A stretch of 64,000 nt of DNA from the human T2T-CHM13v2.0 reference genome, Homo sapiens, in the NCBI RefSeq assembly GCF_009914755.1, contig NC_060937.1, one strand, 5' to 3'. The notes under the pieces are model-generated. The model was not told the DNA's origin. It worked only from the letters and a program-made list of their open reading frames with translations, and searched no databases. Positions 1 through 14,989 of this stretch are shown here, one piece after another; positions within the stretch are counted from its first letter, which is position 1, and each line of letters starts with the position of its first letter. Both the position numbers and the translations under genes were made by a program.

Positions 1-264
1 TGCAGACAGTTCTACTGTTGGAAAGATGGCGACTTTCACAAAGGACTAGAGAGCATCAGCCTCATTTTATTTCTATGGGTATTTTCATACATGGAGATGT
101 GCTAGGTGATTTTGTCTTACTATGTCAAAGATTACTTGTTTTAGCCATATACCATAGGAAAAAAAAAATGTCAAGGGGTTCGAATGATCTTTTTTAGAGC
201 AGTTTTTTTGTAGCTACAATAGTACTTCTATTTTACAAATTATGTTATTTGTTTACTCAGATAC

Positions 265-370
265 TCATTCATCAAACATTTACTGAGGCTCTACTATGTG
301 ATGTGTACAGTGCTAGACTTGAGAGCAGAGAGATAAGTGGTGAGAAGAACATACAAAACTGAATTAGAAA
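265..370 (-). mobile_element. L2 LINE 3' end fragment
   Basis: CATTCATCAAACATTTACTGAGGCTCTACTATGTG resembles the reverse complement of the L2 3' terminus. Confidence 0.6.
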
Positions 371-1088
371 AATTCACAGTTTCGGGAGCCGGAAATGCTA
401 GGAAGCAGTTGTAAACCACTGTGGTACATTCTCATTGTGAGATGCCACCAGGACAGCCCCTGCTACTGGCCAGGGCCTCAGGTACACAGACCACAGCTGA
501 GCTTGGAACTTCATTTGCGTTGTGGGTTTTGCTCTTTCAAGGCAGGCATTTTTGGACCCATTTAAAATAGAAGGAGTCCAGCACTCAGAGAAGTGCGGTG
601 ATAAGCCTCATGTCTCACCGCCAGTCAGGCTCAAGATCCAAAAGCCACTGCTATGACATATATTTTGGAACATTCGCCCTTTGATCATTAAATCCTCACT
701 ACCTGAATGACTATATTTTTTGATCATTCATAATGGTAAGTGAATTTCTTAAAAACAATAACTGTGATGCAATTTTCTTTTTGGTTGAGATCTGAAGTCA
801 CGTATTTCTAAAATCAGATACCAATTGCATTCTGAAGATGTGTTCTTCCAACTGGAATGTTGTCATTGTCAATAATACTTTTTCCAGGGGTTCCTGGGAA
901 GTAAATGAGAAAATTTAAATTTGGTTATTCATGATTTTAAAACATGTAAAGATGTGTGTGTTTTAAAGTACTGTGTTTAATAAATCGCTATAGCATTAGA
1001 TTTGTTTAAAGCAAAATACACTAGTTATCATTTAAGTTTTTATTAACTTTTTAAATTTTTTGTCAGATTTCTTACTTTCCACTTGCAG

Positions 1089-1134
1089 CCACATTAGAGA
1101 GGTCATAGGAAAAATTTCTACCTAGAAAGTTCAG
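1089..1134 (+). other. Candidate 46-nt non-coding exon
   Basis: Acceptor CTTACTTTCCACTTGCAG and donor CAG|GTATGG; stop codons in all three frames. Splice signals only. Confidence 0.25.
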
Positions 1135-1544
1135 GTATGGACCTGGCTGGTCCTGCATGAAGACTTTGCTATGCATTTTCCACTGCAGCCTGGGAAACCT
1201 CTTTGAACTAATTTTATAAGCTATTTTACTGTTAAAATTTTATTTTTTCAAATAGATTGCAGAATCCCTGAAGGCAAGGACCAGGTCTTCTGTGTCTTTA
1301 GAATTCTCTTCATAATACTAAATACAACACTCTTCATAAATATTAACTGGCAGAAAAAGCAAAAATAAACTTTACCGGACTGATGAAAACTAGAGTAGAA
1401 CTAATACTTTTATAGATACTATCCTGAGTCACAGAAGTTTTGCTTATTTGCTGATTTTTTTTTCATTAAACTCTACTGTGAAATGCTAGGGAGTACCTAT
1501 TTCATAGGTAGAAAAACTGAGTTGTAGTGATTAGCATATGAAAT

Positions 1545-1700
1545 ATTTTTCAATGCATTATCTTCATTGAGCCTTACAACAACCACTCAGGAATTCACAT
1601 CACCATTTTTTAAATATGTGAGAAAACAGAAGCTCAGAGAAGTTGAACGAGTCAGACAGGGTCACCCAGAAAGGAAGAGGTGCATCTTCTGACCGTGTCA
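1545..1700 (-). mobile_element. MIR SINE
   Basis: Core ...CCATTTTTTAAATATGTGAGAAAACAGAAGCTCAGAGAAGTTGAA... resembles antisense MIR. Confidence 0.7.
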
Positions 1701-2004
1701 CATGATTTTTATTCTGCCATTGCAAACCAGGTACACGTGTGAGCTTCGGGAGGCTGGGTCTCCCACCAGCCCTGGAGTGCTAGGTGCAAGATCCCTTCTC
1801 TCCCTCACCTCCTCAAGGCTGCTCTGCCGTCTGGGAAGAAGGTGAGAGAAACTCTTTCAAAAGACAAAGGGGCAGGGCCAGTGAAAGGAGGAGCTGGAGA
1901 GGGGCTCCCTGGAGCAAAATGAAGTGAGATTGAGAAGGAAGAGTCAAGTGAAGTTGATCGAAAACCAGCCACTGTTCAAAAATGGGAGTGAGGGGATGGG
2001 AGAG

Positions 2005-2370
2005 AGTGTCTTTGTTTGGGCTGCCATCACAAAACACCACAGCCTGGGGGCTTAAGTGACAGACCTTGATTGTCCCAGTGCTGGGGGCTGGTAGTCCGAG
2101 ATCAAGGAGTCTGCAGGGATGGTTTTTTCTGACGCCGCGCTCCTTGGCTCACAAACAACTGCCTTCTTACTGCGTCTTCACGTGGTCATCCTTCTATATT
2201 GTCTGTGTCCTAATCTCTGCTTATAAGGACACCAGTCATACTGGATTAGAGCCCACCCATATGACCTCATTATACCTCAATTACCGCTATGAAGGCCCTA
2301 TCTCCAAACACAGTCCCATTCTGAGGTACTGGAGTCAGGACTTCATCCTGTGAATTTTGAGCCCAGAGCA
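2005..2370 (-). mobile_element. MaLR solo LTR (MLT1A/B-like)
   Basis: GGGCTGCCATCACAAAACACCACAGCCTGGGGGCTTAA...TTATAAGGACACCAGTCATACTGGATTAG...CTGAGGTACTGG. Confidence 0.8.
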
Positions 2371-2612
2371 GAGAATTTTTAAAAAGTGGACACTGATCTG
2401 TGACTTTGAAGACAAAACCTGTTGACCTGTTTCAATTGCTTTGTTATTCTCATTAGTATTTTCTCTTAGCACAAATAAATGGTTGAGCAAATAGTGGCCA
2501 TTTATTTTTACACTAGTATATTCTGTTGGTTGTTTTTTTTTTTAAAAAACATCCAGAACTGAATTCTATATCTAGCTTGCTTCATAATTTATTTTCACTC
2601 TCATCTCTGCAG

Positions 2613-2819
2613 GGCCAGCTTCAAACCTTGTCAAGCTCTGACAAGGGAAGATGAAGCCTAGTTCCAGCTAGGGGTGACCTGTCTATCTGCATTTTTTGAG
2701 CTGCAGAGTGATGGGAGTCATATTCGCTGCCTGTGCAGCACCACAGGCCTGATGAAAATGAAATGGCAACACCGTGCAGATGGCAAAGCGTAGGCCTCAC
2801 AAACATCCTGGCCGTGAAG
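2613..2819 (+). other. Candidate 207-nt non-coding exon
   Basis: Acceptor TTTTCACTCTCATCTCTGCAG and near-consensus donor AAG|GTAAGT; stops in all three frames. Confidence 0.35.
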
Positions 2820-5800
2820 GTAAGTTGAGCAACTTTCTGCCTGCATGGCATTATCCATGCTTATTTCTAACAAGATACCTATGGCAGAGTATTTCAGGCT
2901 GTTTGTGAAGGGCAGCCAGTAGAATTTGAAGGTTTTCACTGAGGCATTGAGCAACTAACAAGGGTGTAATTGGAACGTGTGGCAAGAACTCCAATTGTTA
3001 AAATATGTGGTCATAAAATGATAGGGTCTAGGGCGAAGCCTGCAGGTCTTGTGGTCAGTATCTTGCCCTTGGCTGGACTACATAGTGTCTGTTTTGTAAA
3101 GGTAGAAATCAATACTGTGTTTCAAGTCAGCTAAAGAAGAAGGTTCCAGAGTCTTCTGCCACAGAAGTTTCGGTATTCACCAGTCATCAGAGTCTCAAAG
3201 TACTTGTGTTTGTCTCCTTAACTTCCTTCATTACTTTATATTCTGCCTTCAAAGGGAGGGAGAGTAGTCTTCTATTTTATCCATCATTTGCTGAAAGAAT
3301 TATATGAGGTTGCTTCTTGGCTCTTCTCTGTAAGTTGAATAGAAACCGTGTGCATTGTTCTAGGAATCTGTTTCTATCATGGCCCCGCGCAGCACCTGTC
3401 CTTCCCACCGTGAGTGGTGGAGCTGTGGTCTGTGTCATCCTCGCATTTCCAACCCCAGTCATACCCCTTTACTTTTAAGTGTGAGGCCCCGGATGAAATT
3501 CTGCAGTATCCCTGCTGAAGAGCAGGGCTCCAATGCACCTGGTGGAGCTTTTCCAAGGAACACGGAAAGTGTTCGGAATGCACTGCTTGGACAAGATCCA
3601 GCAGCTTTCCTTGATCGGTGCTTTCAGAAACAGGTTCTTGTGTAGAACAGCTACGGGTATCCCAGCCAAAAAAGACTGCCTATTTCTGAGAGCTGTGCAT
3701 ACTTAATTAGAACAGGGATTGGTGCCAGCACTTGGAGTTTGAAAAGTCAGCTTTGAACATGAATGCAAGTCCCTGCAAGGTAGAATGGTCTGTTTCTCCT
3801 TATTTGAGCCAGAAATCTGTGTAACCGGCCGGCGTGCACATCACATGGCACAGATTCAGGAGGTGAGCTGGTCTCTTCAGTTGCTGCTTTTATAGCAGCT
3901 TTTAATCAAAATGCTCACCTCAGACGCACCCTCCTCAAATTAAGGAACAGAATAACCAAACACAGATGTGTAAAGAGTGAGGGAAAACAGTTGTTCTGGC
4001 TGTTGATGACTTCCTCAGGCGTGGGCATAGTGAAATGCCCTTTCTTCCCGTCTGCTACCGAAGATGGCAATGACGTTGAGTGGCTTGGAAGTTCAAACCA
4101 CTCAACAAGTATTGACCAGTCACTCCCTGTATACTCAGTGCTGACAGGGGCATGAAATGTGTCACGACCTTTCTTCCTGAGTAGTTTATGATCCTGCTGA
4201 GGGTGAGCACACACAGGGAATCATGGGAAAGGTTGTGTCATGGCGTGGCCACCCCAGGAACGGCTGATGTGGGGGCTCAGTGGCCAGAGGCCCAGATCCT
4301 CCCCTGCTGTGGCTTCTTTCCTCTTACCTGGGTCTCCTGCATGTTCACATCACCCCATCCCCAATCCAGGCTCTGTCCCATTTTTCAGCTCAGGGTCTTC
4401 CTCCAGTCCGGTGAGAGTGGTTCAGGAAATCCTAGCTCTGGTTGTGTCTGCCCCAGTGTGAGTCTGGCTGTGGGGTTTCAAGCCTTATCTTCCTGGAGGA
4501 ATTTCATCAGGGTCTGAAGGAAATATAAGAGGGACTGGGCTGAAGAAGAGGAAGAGAAGGCTGTCTTTCTTCATTATTGATAGTAGTCGTAAATCATTGG
4601 AAAGTCCTAAAAGACTGCCTGAGTGTTCATTTCCAGGACAGAAGGTTACACAGGCAACATAAGAATATAAGACTGTGTTGAGGGCAACAGCAGGGCAAAG
4701 GAGAAAAGTGCTGGTCACAACCCTAGATGGTGACTGAAGAGAGGACAACAGCCAGCGGTCCATACGCTGAGACGGATGGGAGAAGAGACACACAGGGACG
4801 AGGAAGCCAGCCTGGGTACTAAGTATCCCCTGGATTAGCTGCAAGTGCGCTTCTCCTCACCCGCGGACCTCAGCTCTTCCCTTCATGATATCAGCAGTGA
4901 TCTGGAGCTGGAGGAGTCCCCAGGGAGAAGGGAGTGCAGCTGTCGCTCATTCCACCCTTCCTGGCATTTCAAGTTGGAATAATAAATGCAGTTCTGGTGT
5001 GTTAGGTTTGCAAGTGTTTTTAGCATACCATGGTCTCGCATGTACACATTAGGTATTTCGGCTCGCCCAGGGACCTAGTCATTGTATAACCTCTTTCTAA
5101 GGAAACCATATGCCAAATTCCAAACAAGCAAAATGTTATTTTTCTTGTGCAAAGCCTTTGTATCTTGAAAATTGGGGCATCTAAGAATTTTATTTAGATA
5201 ACAAGACAGAGATCAGAATGGGCCAGAGGAGCGTCAGGAGACCTGGGTGCAAGTCTTGCATAAATGCTTATCGAGCCAAATTCCCAGAGATTTACATGTG
5301 TTATCTGCAGGAAGAGGGTTTTGATTAGTTTTTAAGGTCCCTTCTGCTCCTTCTAAAAACCAGCCTAAAATGGAACATGTCTTCTCTAAGAATCCCAAAT
5401 GCCTCTCAAGGATCAACCCCTTGGCCTTTTATCCAGGAGTCCCCTAGTGTCTCTAGGAAGCTGCAAGGATGATGGTATCTCCATTTTTACACACAAGGTT
5501 GGGAAAGTCTGCCTGGGAGAATGTTTAGAGGTGTGGATTTCTCAACTTCAATTTATCTTTTTGGTTTGCTCCTTTGTGAGATAGCATTGTCTTCAGCTGC
5601 TCTTGGCTATGATGTCTTAGCTGTAAGATCTTAGCCTTGAGAAAGAGCATCGGGGCCATACAGCAGTCATTTGGCCACAGGAATTTCAGTCACGTCAGGC
5701 TGTTTTTGCTGTTGTATTCCATCTCAGACCCAGATGTCTGCAGTTTCCTCAGATTGGAAACATCATGGGATCTCGTTGTGCAAGGAGTTCAGCATATTGA

Positions 5801-5885
5801 GAGTGAAGCACAATCACCTACCATTTTACATTATGGGAAATTTGACAAGTTTCAAATCTTGTTATTTTAGAGGTGAATGGATATA

Positions 5886-5887
<2 letters not shown>

Positions 5888-5934
<47 letters not shown>
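5888..5934. repeat. (TG)23 microsatellite
   Basis: Perfect TG run. Confidence 0.98.
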
Positions 5935-5939
<5 letters not shown>

Positions 5940-6539
5940 CTCCACATGGGGCAGGCCTACCCCATAGGCAGTGGATTGATATTTTAAATGAACTAGAGGA
6001 TTGAAACCTACACTGAACCTGTTAGTAAAATGAGACATTCATTTATAATGAAAGCAGATCTCTTAGTTTATGGGATGGATAATCTAGGGGTCTTATTTAG
6101 CAGGTTTTCTTTCAGTGGTTGTGTCTCTATTTAGATAGCTAATGTGGTATTTCAGAAAATATTTTCATGGCTAGCTATTAGAATATGTCTATGACCGGGA
6201 AATGAGGAGCCACACTGCTTGTAAAATACTTACATTTTCAGTGGATAAAAGATAGCTTGAATAATGTAAAAATCAATAGTTCCCATGATGGTGGAGTTAT
6301 ATTCTTTGGAGAAAAGTTTAAGTACTTCTAAGGTTAAATATTATGTTCATTACTCTTAGCTCTGGGAATCTGCCAAAATTATTTTTGCAGCCTTGTTTAT
6401 ATTTAGCCAACATAGGCAGTCAGCCACTGAATTAAGCATTTTTTTCTCCAAAAGACCTGATTTTGCCAATAAGAATTTGGTTATGCAATTATGTGTTGAC
6501 TAATTAGAAGGTAAAAGCCCCGGATTTGAAAAGTTTGGT

Positions 6540-7720
<1,181 letters not shown>

Positions 7721-8035
7721 GGTTTTTCTCCCCCCTCTTCTTTATATTGGCTGTTGTTGAAAAATGTCCTTTTGTTTGGCATCCCTAGTGTGCAGCCTGT
7801 GGGAGTCTTTGGGGGCTCTCCTATGAAACAGGAGCTTTGTCTGAGAATTAGTAAAACCTGCTTTTCAACACCATTGATCAAATACTGGCTCGGTGACAGT
7901 AGGTTTTATTAAGGGGAGAGTCCAGTGCAGTAGTCCATTTACTGAAATGGTTCATATGCTGAAGAAAGAATATCTTTGTGAGAAAGTTATAAAAATTTCT
8001 AGTCTCACAATGTGTTTTAATGTTAAGATTTACGT

Positions 8036-8330
<295 letters not shown>

Positions 8331-8439
8331 TTACTCAAGTTATCTTTTAAAAGTTGAATACATAAACGTAAGTAGCTTGGTATGAACTGAAAAAAACAAC
8401 CCAAAATAGCGTATTATTAAATATCATTTGCTAAGCTCA

Positions 8440-9700
8440 TGCAGCTAACTGCATACTGGAAAACTCAAACTCAACATGCCCCACTCTGAACTCATCCCTC
8501 TGACCCACAGAGTAACGTCCCAGTTCCTGAGTTTGCTGTCTTGCTTCTCCACATACCTATCTACTCTTTTCTGTATTATTCTCTACATTATTGCCATGGG
8601 CGGAAAGTTTGTGTCCCCCTAAAATTCTATGCTGAAATCTAACCCCCAACGTGATGGTATCAGAAGTGAGGCCTTGGGAAGTGATTAGATCATGAGGACA
8701 GAAGCCTGATGAACAGGGTTGGTGCCCTCAGAAAAGAGGCCCCAGAGAGCTGTCTTGCCACTTCCACTATGTGAGGATGCAGCGAGATGGTACCATCTGT
8801 GAGCCAGAAAGTGGGCACCCACCAGACATTGAATCTGTGGATACTTTGATCTTTGACTTCCCAGCCTCCAGAACTGTCAGAGATAAATATCTGTTGTTTA
8901 GAAACCACCCAGGTTATGGTATTTTGTTACAGCAGCCCAAACAGAGTAAGACAACTGCCAACCAGTTCCACCTAAACAGTCTCTCCAGTGTCCAGTGTGT
9001 CCACCACCCTGCACCTGGTCACCACCATCTTGTTGAGATGCCACCCAATCCCTGCTGGATTCCCTCAGCCACCTCCAGCTGTGTTGTTGCCTTCAGACTT
9101 TTCCACATTGAGCAGTTTTATGATCTGTCACCAAGAGGAGTTTATGAAATGCAACTCTCTGGTTTTGTAAAACCATATCCCTGGCCAAAACCCTTTGATG
9201 GCCACCACTCCCCCAGAATAAAGCTCAAACTTATTAGCATGGCCTCTGGACTGGCATGCCCTGGCTCACTCCCTCTGTTTCCTTGCTCATTGCCCCCTGC
9301 TTCCTACACTCCACTGTTCCCAATAGTGATTTCTCAATTCCTTAAACTCAGGGTGCACCCTTGTTTCAGCACCTTTGAATCTGCTCCTTTTTCTGGAATG
9401 TTCTCCCTTGTTCCACTTCCCAGTCTTCACCAACCTGAGCAGCTCTATTCCTTCTTCCTCTAGCAAGTCTTGCCCAACACTCCCCAGCCTGGTTTAGTGG
9501 ATTCTTCTCGGATCCAGCATGTCCCTTAGCTTGCAAATTGCCCTGTGCTATAATTGTCTACTTCCTTGTATAAAAGGGTGCACCCCACGAAGCTGTAAAT
9601 GCCCAGGGAGCAGGATCACATGTACCTTGTTTCCCCTGATCACCCAGAACCTAACATATTGATTGCTCATAAACATCTGTTGATGGATGACTGTTGACAG
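8440..9700 (+). mobile_element. L2 fragments interrupted by an MLT1A LTR
   Basis: AAACTCAACATGCCCCACTCTGAACTC..., pyrimidine-rich body, L2-like tail ATAAACATCTGTTGATGGATGA. Confidence 0.65.
8592..8953 (+). mobile_element. MaLR solo LTR (MLT1A-like)
   Basis: TGCCATGG...GTTTGTGTCCCCCTAAAATTC...TTTTGTTACAGCAGCCCAAACAGAGTAAGACA, with TG...CA ends. Confidence 0.88.
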
Positions 9701-10879
9701 ATGGCTGGAGAACTAAAGGAGAATGCCTTCTGGAAATGGGATGTGACTGGGTGCCAGTGGCTTGTGATAGTATCACACATTCAGAGTCTTGGGATGAGAC
9801 CCTGAGTGTCTTCCCCACAAATCCTGAAACCTGTGTGGCAAGAAGAGAAAGCTGAGTTGGCTGAAGTTTTATTTGCCTGGTGTACCCCTGGCCTTGTGAG
9901 AAAGACAGTGAAAGAAGATGAAGCCCGCTCAAGGTTAAGATCAGGCAGAGGAGAAACAGACACCTGCTTAACTGTCCTGGCAGAGTCCCAGGCAGGGCGG
10001 CAGCTCCCTGAGTGGAGAAGGGGCACACAAACTTAAGGCAGAGATCCTGGTCAGGGCTGGTGAGGAAGGGATGGATTCGGAATGCAGCATCACTCAAATT
10101 GCCTTCAAGGGCAGCCCGTCTAAGAACCTGTGCTGTCTTTTCTTTGTAATACATTCGTGTCCCTCTCTGAGATGTAAGTGTGGTTTGGGGCTGATTCAGG
10201 GCAATAAATCCTGTGTTTGCAGAATGTAGTCACTGATTTGGGACTTAGGGTCTAATCAGTATGCAGTCCAGTAAAAATAGCAAAGGTCATATTTTACTGC
10301 ACTCTGTCTGAAGTAAGCAAACTTTCAGCTGAAGACACTCTCAGATGACTTCTTTTCTTGCTCCTCTTTTCTCCTTGAAAATTTACAGGGAATGTTGTGG
10401 TCATAAGGAACTTCTCCCTCACTGGGCTTCATGCTGCAAAGTTAGCGAGCCCCGGCCCGCAGTGTCCAGCTGTCTTTGCTATTACTGCATTCTTTTCTCC
10501 AATGCATTGATAAGACTCATGTTCATAGCAAGTCCAGCACCGTGCATATTGTGCACATTTGTGAAAAATTGTTCAAGAAGTAAATATACTTCTCAGCCCC
10601 TAACACCAAGAGGACAACAGAGTAATCATCCCACAGTGACCTTCATTTGTAGACAATCAGATTAGGGAGACTCTGAGTTGGGGGCAGGTGGGCTGGGGTT
10701 GGGAGGTGGGTGAGTGGGTTGCTTTCTGTATTGTTTCTGAGAAGAAAAATCTTCCATGCCAAGCAGTGGTGAATGAGACTGTTCACTCAGGCTTTGGTAT
10801 AGTGCAATGTGGAAAGCCACCCCAAATGGGAAGAGGACACGGTGATGAAGATCATGGGGTTATTGTAATGATTGGCACT

Positions 10880-11090
10880 GCCATTGTTGAGTGGTTACTA
10901 CAAGCCAAGCACTCTGCTAAATATTTCACATGGATTATTTTATGTAACCCTCACAAAACCTAGGAAGTGAGTTAGAATAGTGAGGCCCATTTGCAGTGAG
11001 ATTTCTGAGATCCAGAACCACCCTCCCTGACACTCCTCAAGTCTGGGTTCTTGGTAGAAAGTGGAGAACTGCAGTCCAACCATGTGCTGT
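10880..11090 (-). mobile_element. MIR SINE
   Basis: CCATTGTTGAGTGGTTACTACAAGCCAAGCACTCTGCTAAATATTTCACATGGATTATTT. Confidence 0.7.
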
Positions 11091-11129
11091 CAACCCAGGG
11101 ACCTGCTGCCTCCATCAGTGTCCAGGAGG

Positions 11130-11825
11130 TCTGAGTCTAGCTTTGTTCCTAATAGCTGTGTGACCTTGTGTACTTAGGTCTCTGTGCTTCAGAGCAGCAT
11201 GAGGTATATAAGGTTGTTGTGAAAATTATATAAAATAAGGCATGTATTAGTTAGGGTGATACTAAGTCCTGTAGTAAAGCCCAACATTTTGGTGGCTTGC
11301 CACAATAAAAATTTACCGCCTGGATACAGACCATTGCAGGTGTGTCTGATCGGTGGCAGGTGCTGGTGGTGGTGGATGGCTCTGCTCCACGAAGTCTTCA
11401 GGGATCTAGGCTAATGAAGGCTTTGTATCTTTGATGTGTGATTTCCAGGACCATTACACCCACAGACCAGAGAAGAATGTTGGCAGGGGTAGTCCCATGT
11501 ATGATGAGGTCTGAAGGGTCAATTTCCGGGACTCTCTTTAAGAAATGAACACAAAGTGGTCCATGTGCTACAGCCCCTCCCTGAGCTTGAAAGGGGCCCT
11601 GCAGGAGAGGGATCCTGCAAGCCTAGGATTCATTAGCTTCCTGGCAAACTCACATCCATAGTTGGATGGAACTTGGGGACATGGCCACGTTTGGCTCCAC
11701 AATGCTGGGAAACACTGTCTAGACTGTCCGAAATAGATGACTGCTGGCAGCTGCTGCCATGTGTGTAAAGTGCTTCTAACAGTGCCTGGCACGGCAAGAG
11801 CTAAGAAGTGTCAGCTACTATTCTT
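11130..11825 (+). mobile_element. MIR pieces (about 11130-11245 and 11757-11825) separated by MLT1-like and other old repeat sequence
   Basis: AGCTGTGTGACCTTG...; ATGTGTGTAAAGTGCTTCTAACAGTGCCTGGCAC; intervening TGTATTAGTTAGGGT... resembles an MLT1 start. Confidence 0.55.
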
Positions 11826-13824
11826 CTGTTTACAATGCAGCATGGGAATTTCCATCAAGCCAGCTGTGCCCTGAGAGCTGCCTGTCATATTTTCACCAAC
11901 ATGCTCTGGGCATCATATTATGTGCCTGGGCTCGGTCCAGGCTGCTGTGCTTTCAGAAAAGCCTGGAAGCATCAGCAGAGATGGGTTTAAAAGTCCACAG
12001 TCTAAGTCGCTACATAAGGAGCAATGAACCTGCTGTGGCGAAGGTCGTGGACAGAGTGTCCCAAGGCTTGGCCCACTGTGGCAGCTGGGGTTCCTAAGCC
12101 TGGCACTTTGCAACTGCAGAATCACAACTGCTGCCTCAGAGCATCGCTGATCAGCCCAGTTACATCTGTAGTCCAAGGCAGTGGCTTTCAACTGTTTCTT
12201 TTCCATAGACCATGACATTTTAATTAATGGTTTTAGTTGATCTGCCACTAACTAGTGTGTGACTGAAGTAAGTGGTGTTAAAGTGCTGTTCTTCCTAGCA
12301 GTGTACTACCCACATCATCAAACATATTTCCCTTGTCTGCACATTTACGGCAATAAGGCTTCTCTGCAAATAAGAGAAAGCATGCACCTCTCAGAAGAGT
12401 GATGTTGTTTCACAGATGTCAAATGCTTGATGCCAGTTTCTGCCAAGGACGTTCTCGGCCCAGCACCTGATACCATGTGCATGTGGCCTGTCCATGCCCC
12501 AGCCCTTCCCACAGACCCCTGCGTGACATTGTTGGACCATGGATTCAAACCCACAGGCTAGGATAAGTGAGAATTTACCTAGGAAAGCCCATCCTTTGGC
12601 TAGAGGGAGAGGAAGCATCCAGGCTTGCTTTTTAAGGGGATCTCTAGGTACTTTCCCATAAAACTCCCCATCCAGCTGTAAACCACCCCTGCTCACAGCA
12701 GGCAGTATTTATGCAGGCTGAGGGTGAGGTCATTGCATATTCCAACAACAGATTTGTCTGGGAAATTAAATTTGCTTATGTTCAAGGTATGTGTGAGGGT
12801 GCAGCCAGCTGGGGTGAGCGATGATTCCCTGAAGTCTGGGAAGTGGTGGGTGATGGTGGTGGTGTTTTTTTTTTTTTTTCTTTTTTTTTTTGACAAGTAA
12901 CAAGGAGTTACAATGAAATGTCCTTCTCAATTATGAAGTGATTGCCACGCATTGGCGTCACAGCCTGTTCTTGCCAGTGACGGATATTCTTGTCATTCTT
13001 ACAGTTTTGGGGTAAAGGAAATGTACTCCTGGCCTTCTAAATTCCAACTCAGAAAAATGTTCTAAAGGAAACACTACTGTGAAAGGATTAGGGACTTAGA
13101 CTGCTCCATAAAAGTACCTTTGACCAAACCTATGGCAAAACTATAATTAAAAAGATATTGTGTAGGGTCATGTTCATTGGTAAGAATTTGAAACATATCT
13201 CATGTAGTATGAATGGAGCTTCAGTTCTCAGATGGAGCTTCAGCTATTGTATAGAGGGTGGAATGAGACAATCTTGCCATGGCTTCAGAGAGCACAATGA
13301 GGGTGGAAGCTGGAGGATGAGGTATCATCCTTAACAAGGGCAGAACTTTCTGTTAGAATAGAAGCAGAGGTGTTGGGGAGGAGGTTCGTGTGTGGGACTG
13401 GCCGGCATGACTGCAGGTGCCTTTCAGGCCCTGGATGCTGAGATCCTCTAAGTGTTGGGTAGGTCCCGCTAATTATCCACAACTAGGAGCCTGTCTTTAA
13501 TGACCACACGTGGGACATGTTGAAGTTTTCTGTTCATCATTGAGTAATGAAGGTGAGAAAAGACTAAAATGAGTATAGAGTGCTGTTTTTTTAACCTCTG
13601 CAATATTGGGGTCTGTGTAGAGGAATAAAGAGCACTCAGTTTTGGAAACAGAAGAGTAGAATTCTAATAGTCAGTAGGCAGTAGATTCTTCCTCCCTTAG
13701 AGTCATCAAGAAAATGGCTTGTAACCAAGCCCTACATTTTAGGCCAAAAGGCAGATTAAAAGTTAAAAGCATATCAGCACACTGTTATGAAGCATTTGCT
13801 GTAAACAGGTGAATTGGTGTAGCT

Positions 13825-14034
13825 CAGCATTCTGAACTAGGGGTGATTTTACCTCCCAGGGGACATCTGGCAGTGTCTGGAGATGGTTTTGAGTGTCGTG
13901 ACTGTGTGTGTGATGCTGTTCCTGACGTCTAGTGGGTAGAGGCCAGGGATGCAGCTAAACATCTCACCATACACAGGACAGCCCCCAAACACAATGTCCA
14001 AAAATGTCAGTAGTGCCAAGGTTCGGGAACCCTG
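13825..14034. mobile_element. MER20 (hAT-Charlie) DNA transposon
   Basis: GGGGTGATTTTACCTCCCAGGGGACATCTGGCAGTGTCTGGAGA...CTAGTGGGTAGAGGCCAGGGATGCAGCTAAACATC...GAACCCTG. Confidence 0.88.
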
Positions 14035-14989
14035 ACATCCTTAAGAGCCTGAAGATACATGCCAATCTCATTTGCTTATGTAACACTACAAAAAAAATTG
14101 CATGTTAAAATTATTTATCATACTTAGCTGATCTTCTGATTTTATCCCTAGAAAGACAAAGGTGTGATCTTTGAACACAGGTAAATCAAAGACAATTTTG
14201 TTTTTCCTGTTTGGCTTAATCAAATCCAAGTGATGAATCCCATTGAACGGGATTTGACATTAACATCAATATCACTGGGCCTTGGTTTTTGAACTTGTTA
14301 TTATTTCTGACTTATTTTTAAATAACTGATTATGCTGATAACTTAAAATGAATGCAGCCCAGATGGGAAGGAAATAACAGAGGTCAGGTCTGGCAGGGGC
14401 CCTAATTGGCAGCCGTTTTTAGCTCAAAACAGATGAAATCTCCATATCGACTGAGGTTTTCCCTTTGAGATAAAAATGTGAGGTCATGGAATTTCATCTG
14501 TGTCTGATATGCATTTTCATATCTATAATCAAATCTAATTTTGTAATCTGGAAAGTTTTGATTCTTCTTACCAAAATCTCCTGAAAAAATTAGGCAGAGA
14601 AATAGAGGGGGTTGTGTTAATTAATGTATTGATTTGCAAATGAGAGCAAAAGATCTAACTCTTTGAAACGTGTAGAGAATGGTGAGAAGGGCATAAAAAT
14701 TCAGATAAGCCATGTTTCCTGAGAACTGGGGAAGGGTGAGGCTGCCTTGAACTGCGTGGAGGAAGTGGTCATCTTTTATTCTGAGTACTAATTGGACCCT
14801 GATAGCATGTGTTTTGTCTCTGCCTGAGCTTCCTGTTTAAGGAAAGACTTGAAGAGCTAGAGAGACAACCGAGCAGATAGATATGGGACCTGTGAGACAC
14901 AGAGAACTCAGGTTGCTCATTCCAGAAGAGAACAGACCCTAACAGTGTGTTGGAGTCTCTGAGGAAATGAAGGGTTTTTGGTAGGTTAC

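Noticed and set aside
1-110. Possible coding exon at the window edge (CAG|ACAG...CTAG|GTGATT)
   Set aside because: Acceptor context is cut off, donor is weak, no recognisable peptide
8771-9463. 230-aa ORF
   Set aside because: Runs from an MLT1A LTR into pyrimidine-rich L2; no ATG at the listed start (GTG) and no domain
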